Assembly (NCBI RefSeq): GCF_041956535.1
Contig: NW_027192212.1
Coordinates: 409,129-473,128 of the forward strand
From: Calcarisporiella thermophila CBS 279.70
Lineage: Eukaryota; Fungi; Calcarisporiellomycota
Direction: 5' to 3'
Length of the DNA stretch: 64,000 nt
The notes below the pieces were generated by a model. That model was not told where the DNA came from. It ran no database searches and was given only the letters and a program-made list of their open reading frames with translations. This document shows, in pieces, positions 59,919-64,000 of the stretch (position 1 is the first letter of the stretch; the number at the start of each line of letters is the position of its first letter). The position numbers and the translations under genes were made by a program.

Positions 59919-62079
59919 TTTTTTTTTTGTTAGGAGTATCTTTATTAAAAAGTATCCTTTTGTGTACTTGATAAAAGAGATTAATAAACATCAGAGCACA
60001 AGAAATCCATGTAAGAGATTTGGGATATGAGGAGAGCGAATACCTTTCCTATTTTTTCAAGGATAGAGAAAAGTAGTACACGAGAGGGAGAAGGAAAAAA
60101 AAACAAAATAGAATACGGATGGTAGGATATACGGTAAAGTCGTATTGGAGTTAAGAGTTTTATGATGAAAGATATTTCATCCTAGACCTCCGTTTGCACC
60201 TCACGATTTTTTGCATTTCGTTTCCCAGTTGTTTAGCGAGCGCTATTTCGCCTGGTTGGGCGTTATCCGTTATTATCGAAAATCTGAACGATAGATGATC
60301 CAGATTACTGCATTATGGACCGTTGACACTACTTCCCGTTGGTAGCCCATGGTTTTGTGGTCTGTTCCAAATAGTCTGTCTTCCTTGGTTGATTCGTGGG
60401 CTCTCACTCAAAGAATGCGGCGGACGTAACTGTCTACTATTTATCATAGTTGATTTATGGCCGGGCATTCCAGGTAAGCATGAATAATGGTTTCCACTGC
60501 GTTGGTTGTGCACTACTTGCAAATATTATGTTGTCCTGTCCACTTACTAGTGATGATACCTCTCACCCATCTGTGTTTCAAGAGTCTCCATCTTCGTGCC
60601 CTATGCTTGGGTTCACTCGGCCGCTTTTTCCAGTACATCCAAGCTATCTCCCATCTGATGGAGTCGCTTGAGGTCTCTTCCCATTCTGGAGTGATACCCT
60701 CTCCTTTGCTTGTGCCTGACGTCCCGGGGCGAAGCCGCATTGGTCAGGATGGATGATCGACGTGATTACTCTCTGTATTCTCTACGCGAGTATTCTCGTT
60801 AGGAGTTTAATGTCCACGTTTAAGAGAGATATCGGTCGCCAGTTGCTCAGTGATTCGGCATCTCCTTTCCTCTTGTAGATTAGGACTATCGTTGCTTTCT
60901 TCAAGAAATCCATAGGGTTATCCAACATGAGGGCCTCATTAAAGAGCTGCTGAAGCATGAGGGCGAAATCATCTTCGAAGGCTCGATAGAATTCCGCCGT
61001 TAGTCCATCCGGGCCGGGCGACTTATTCTTTGGGGCCAGTCGAATGGCTTCCTCACCTCTTCTTCACTGATGGGTTCTTCCAGTTTTCCGCGCTTTTCGG
61101 CAGATAGAGTCTTGTCTACGTAATTGAGGATGATGTCTTGGTCGGTTGTACTTGTTGGCTCTCCAGTATAAAGTTCTGTGTAGAAATGGGCGGCCATTCT
61201 GGCTATTTCGCTAGGGTTCAGTGCGTGTTCCATCCGTTCTTTTCAGAGAAGTCATTGCGCTGACTGCTCTCCTCCCCGCAATGCGGCGGTGGAAGAATGC
61301 TGTGGATTTCTCGCCCTGGTCTGTCCAATTCAGGCGAGATCGGATACGTAGTGCTTCGGCCCTTCTATCAACATGGGCAGCTAGTTGGTTGCGGATTTTT
61401 TCTAGTTGGGCATATGATTCTCTGGTCCATGGGCCATCTTGGGATCTCTTGAGAGCCCTGGTTAGTTGTATTTCCTCTGCTCTAAAACAGCGTTGTCTCT
61501 GTGCCGCCTATGCGGTAGTGAGTGAACGAAATTGCTGTTTTGCAGCGTTCCAGAAAAGGCCAGTGGTCCTGAAAGATTCGCGGGTTGTGAGTAGATGATG
61601 CCGGTGAGCCTAAAGAGTGGTAGCGTAAGCTTCGTCATTTGCAAGGCTAGAGTTAAATCGCCATTGGCCATAACCAGATTTAGGAGCTGCAGTGTTCCTT
61701 ATTTCTATCTGAATAGCCATGTGGTCATATGTAGATCCGGGGGGGGTCCAGTAGAGTTACATCCGCTGTTTTTGATATTGGTGCCGTGCTGACTCAAAAT
61801 AGATCCAGTCGCGACCTTATTAGAGAGCTTCTGTGTGAGTACGTGAACTGATTGCCTTTAGATGAAAAGTGCCTGTGGACGTCAGTGAGGGAGGCCGCAG
61901 ACGTGATCATCCGAAGTCGATGTGAGGAGCCTCTGCGGTTTGGGAGTTATGTCCTCCATTCTGTCACTTTCCATCCCGTCGTCATCCATTACTTCCACGT
62001 CGTTTACAGTTCCTTCCTTGGGGTCGATGGGGTTCTCTGGCTCTATGATCTCGTTTTCTTCCAGCCATGGGTTATGCTG
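59919..62079 (-). mobile_element. Degenerate, internally deleted non-LTR retrotransposon (L1/Tx1-type LINE)
   Basis: APE remnant LTDVHRHF...FTYSH...SRLDLF; linker RSRLNWTDQGEKSTAFFHR; RT start KSPGPDGLTAEFY, NWRPISLLNVDIKLL, HPDQCGFAPGR; then deletion to the C-terminal region; AATAAA and poly(A) at 59919-59946; stops and frameshifts. Confidence 0.92.
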
Positions 62080-62096
62080 ACTGGCTGAGGACAGCG

Positions 62097-62187
62097 TTTT
62101 TTTTTTTCAACAAAGAAAACCTTTTATTGAAAAGTCTCCTGTACAGTTAAAACGGTAGGGTAACTTCTACGTCAAAATCACCAGGGT
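62097..62187 (-). mobile_element. 91-bp 5'-truncated retroposed insertion (AATAAA + A11), 17-bp TSD ACTGGCTGAGGACAGCG
   Basis: TSD copies at 62080-62096 and 62188-62204. Confidence 0.85.
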
Positions 62188-62210
62188 ACTGGCTGAGGAC
62201 AGCGGCGAAA

Positions 62211-62654
62211 TTTTTTTTTGATCAAAAGTGAATCTTTATTGTTTAAGAAGACTCAAAGTACAATTGTTACATTATTAAAAGTAATAAAATGAGAGAAAAG
62301 CTAGATATTAACGCGGTATTGCAATTCGGGGTAAGTTGATTATAACAAATTTTCTCCTCAAACGGTTAGATGAGTAATAAAACTCAATTAACTGCGGGTA
62401 TTAGGGAACGACTTGATAAGTGATATGGAGAGAGAGATATGAAGAAAGAGGTGGGGTAGTAGTAGGGACTACTGCATCAATCCAGTTCTAGAGCCGCTCC
62501 ATTAGCTCCTTTCACCGCGCCCATTTTACACCACCTGCTTCGATACTCTTCAATTTGTCGCTTTTTTCAGGCTCTTGTTAGTTCGGCTCCTATAGCCTCC
62601 TCAATATCCAGCTTGGCTCGATTGATGATGATTTCGGATGAGGCTTGAGTCCAA
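62211..62654 (-). mobile_element. 5'-truncated LINE tail (ORF2 C-terminus + 3'UTR + poly(A)), 14-bp TSD AGGACAGCGGCGAA
   Basis: TSD copies at 62196-62209 and 62655-62668. Encodes ASSEIIINRAKLDIEEAIGAELTRA*KKRQIEEYRSRWCKMG. Confidence 0.88.
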
Positions 62655-62668
62655 AGGACAGCGGCGAA

Positions 62669-63154
62669 TTTTTTTTTTTGATCAATGCCGAGTCTTTATT
62701 GTATAGGAAGACTCTAAAATACAACTGTTACATTATTATAAGCAATAAAGTGAAAGGGAAGCCAAAGTTAAAGCTTTGGGTGATATCGTAGATCGAAATG
62801 ATATGTTGGTCATATTGACTTTCAGCTCAAATAGGTAAGGGAATGGTGAAACTCAACTAACTGTGGATATCAAAGGATAGCATGAGAAGTGGGGTGGGGA
62901 GTAAACAAATGGAAGCAGAGGATAGGAAGGGGATAAGGTAGGGATTACTGCGTTATCCCAGTATCAGTGCCGCTCCGATCGCTCCTTCTCTAACCGCACC
63001 CAGCTTGCACCATCTTCTTCGAAACTGTTCGATTTGCCGGTTTTTTCGTGCTCGGATTAGTTCGGCTCCTATCACTTCCTCAATATCTAGTTTGGCCCGG
63101 TTGATGATTATTTCGGGTGAGGCTCGGGTGCTTTCGAAATGAAAGGCGATCCGA
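62669..63154 (-). mobile_element. 5'-truncated LINE tail, same family as the previous one but diverged, 12-bp TSD GACAGCGGCGAA
   Basis: TSD copies at 62657-62668 and 63155-63166. Encodes RIAFHFESTRASPEIIINRAKLDIEEVIGAELIRARKNRQIEQFRRRWCKLGAVREGAIGAALILG*. Confidence 0.88.
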
Positions 63155-63579
63155 GACAGCGGCGAAAAATGATCATAATTTTCAAAAATTTCATTTTAAT
63201 ATTTTTACATAAAAACATATTCTGTTGCGTCGAATAATAGACTAATAAGGTCTATCCTGACAATCCTCTAGCTATCCCTAAGCTCTTGATTGTCCTTCCG
63301 TAAACACTTCAGAAGGCCAATAAACGACACAGAGTGGATTGTAAAGTAATCCGGTTCTATCCCAAAACAAAAATAGCACTCTTTTATTGTAAACAAAGAT
63401 GTTTCCCTTTTATACTAAAGATAACGTACCACAAACATAAATGTAAACAAGATAATAAAAATATAATGAGGTAATCAAGGAAAAATATGTTAACCGTAAC
63501 CGTAAGCTAATAAATATACTAATAAAACCATCCCAAGAACTTAAAGAAGTGTAAAAGAAAAATAAGCCGCCAAAGCCAC

Positions 63580-63919
63580 TTGTTTTTTTTGATCAATCAA
63601 TGGAAACTTTTATTTAATTTCCATATATTACATGAAGTTAATGTCAATGGACTTAACATAACGAGATATAGATCCTTGATCGATAGACTTTCAATCGATA
63701 TGCGTGTATCGTAGTTGTCGTGAATAGCATGTACGTGAAACCGATGTAATCTTTTGTACTTATCGTAAGGGCGATCTTATCAATAATCAAGACTCAGCTT
63801 CTGATCAAGTGGATAGCAGTCACAAGCTAAGAGTAAGTGCTGGTGGGGGAAGTGGGATTCGAACCCACGCCGTTCTCATCGGCATCCCAGGGATAGTCCA
63901 CTACACTAACCCTCCCCCA
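63580..63919 (-). mobile_element. Full-length tRNA-derived SINE with 16-bp TSD AAGCCGCCAAAGCCAC
   Basis: TSD copies at 63564-63579 and 63920-63935. tRNA-like head 63918-63841 (A box TAGTGTAGTGG, B box GGTTCGAATCC, encoded CCA); ~250-bp body; AATAAA; TTGATC(A)8 tail. Confidence 0.85.
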
Positions 63920-64000
63920 AAGCCGCCAAAGCCACCTTTCCTCCTACTGCGCCATAATTCCATATTATGCCAAATCTCCTTACAACAATTCAACCAGCTT

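Noticed and set aside
59909-61842. GTGCGAGTAC / GTGTGAGTAC as TSD of the old LINE
   Set aside because: The second copy lies inside endonuclease-coding sequence (FTYSH) that continues beyond it.
62080-63166. CRISPR-like array (recurring GACAGCG(GCGAA) with unique spacers)
   Set aside because: Repeats are 12-17 bp and variable, spacers are 91-486 bp poly(A)-tailed LINE fragments, there are no cas genes and the genome is eukaryotic. These are target-site duplications.
63841-63918. Functional tRNA gene
   Set aside because: No canonical D/anticodon arms, CCA is encoded, no T-run terminator follows, and it lies at the edge of a TSD-bounded poly(A)-tailed unit.

Overview
Eukaryotic, intron-rich fungal chromosome segment. 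Gene content (ADCY10-like cyclase tail, O-fucosyltransferase-like genes, MBF/SBF subunit) points to an early-diverging fungus, probably Mucoromycota; this is an inference. About 25 protein genes: EXO84, Rab5, a DM9-repeat protein, RSM19, an orphan Gag-capsid ORF, two tandem MFS monocarboxylate transporters, an Mbp1/Swi4-type factor, eIF3g, MND1, a GPI protein, a PX protein, an FBXO21-like protein, a RasGEF, a triplicated fucosyltransferase-like unit, MSH3, a Pmp3-family protein, ODC and ISWI, plus a tRNA-Cys gene. The most notable region is the last 4 kb. It holds a deleted L1/Tx1-type LINE, three 5'-truncated LINE tails stacked head-to-tail at one target site with nested target-site duplications, and a complete ~340-bp tRNA-derived SINE. 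The SINE has an encoded CCA, A/B boxes, a 16-bp TSD and the same TTGATC(A)n tail as two of the LINE tails. Other highlights: three unannotated microprotein genes (one with a synonymously diverged PWPPARPxTPN repeat), captured MSH3 pseudo-exons that reveal a +1 frameshift in a G9 run of MSH3, and a PS-stop motif in the AUG-free ODC leader. Coordinates of spliced genes are hand-derived gene spans.
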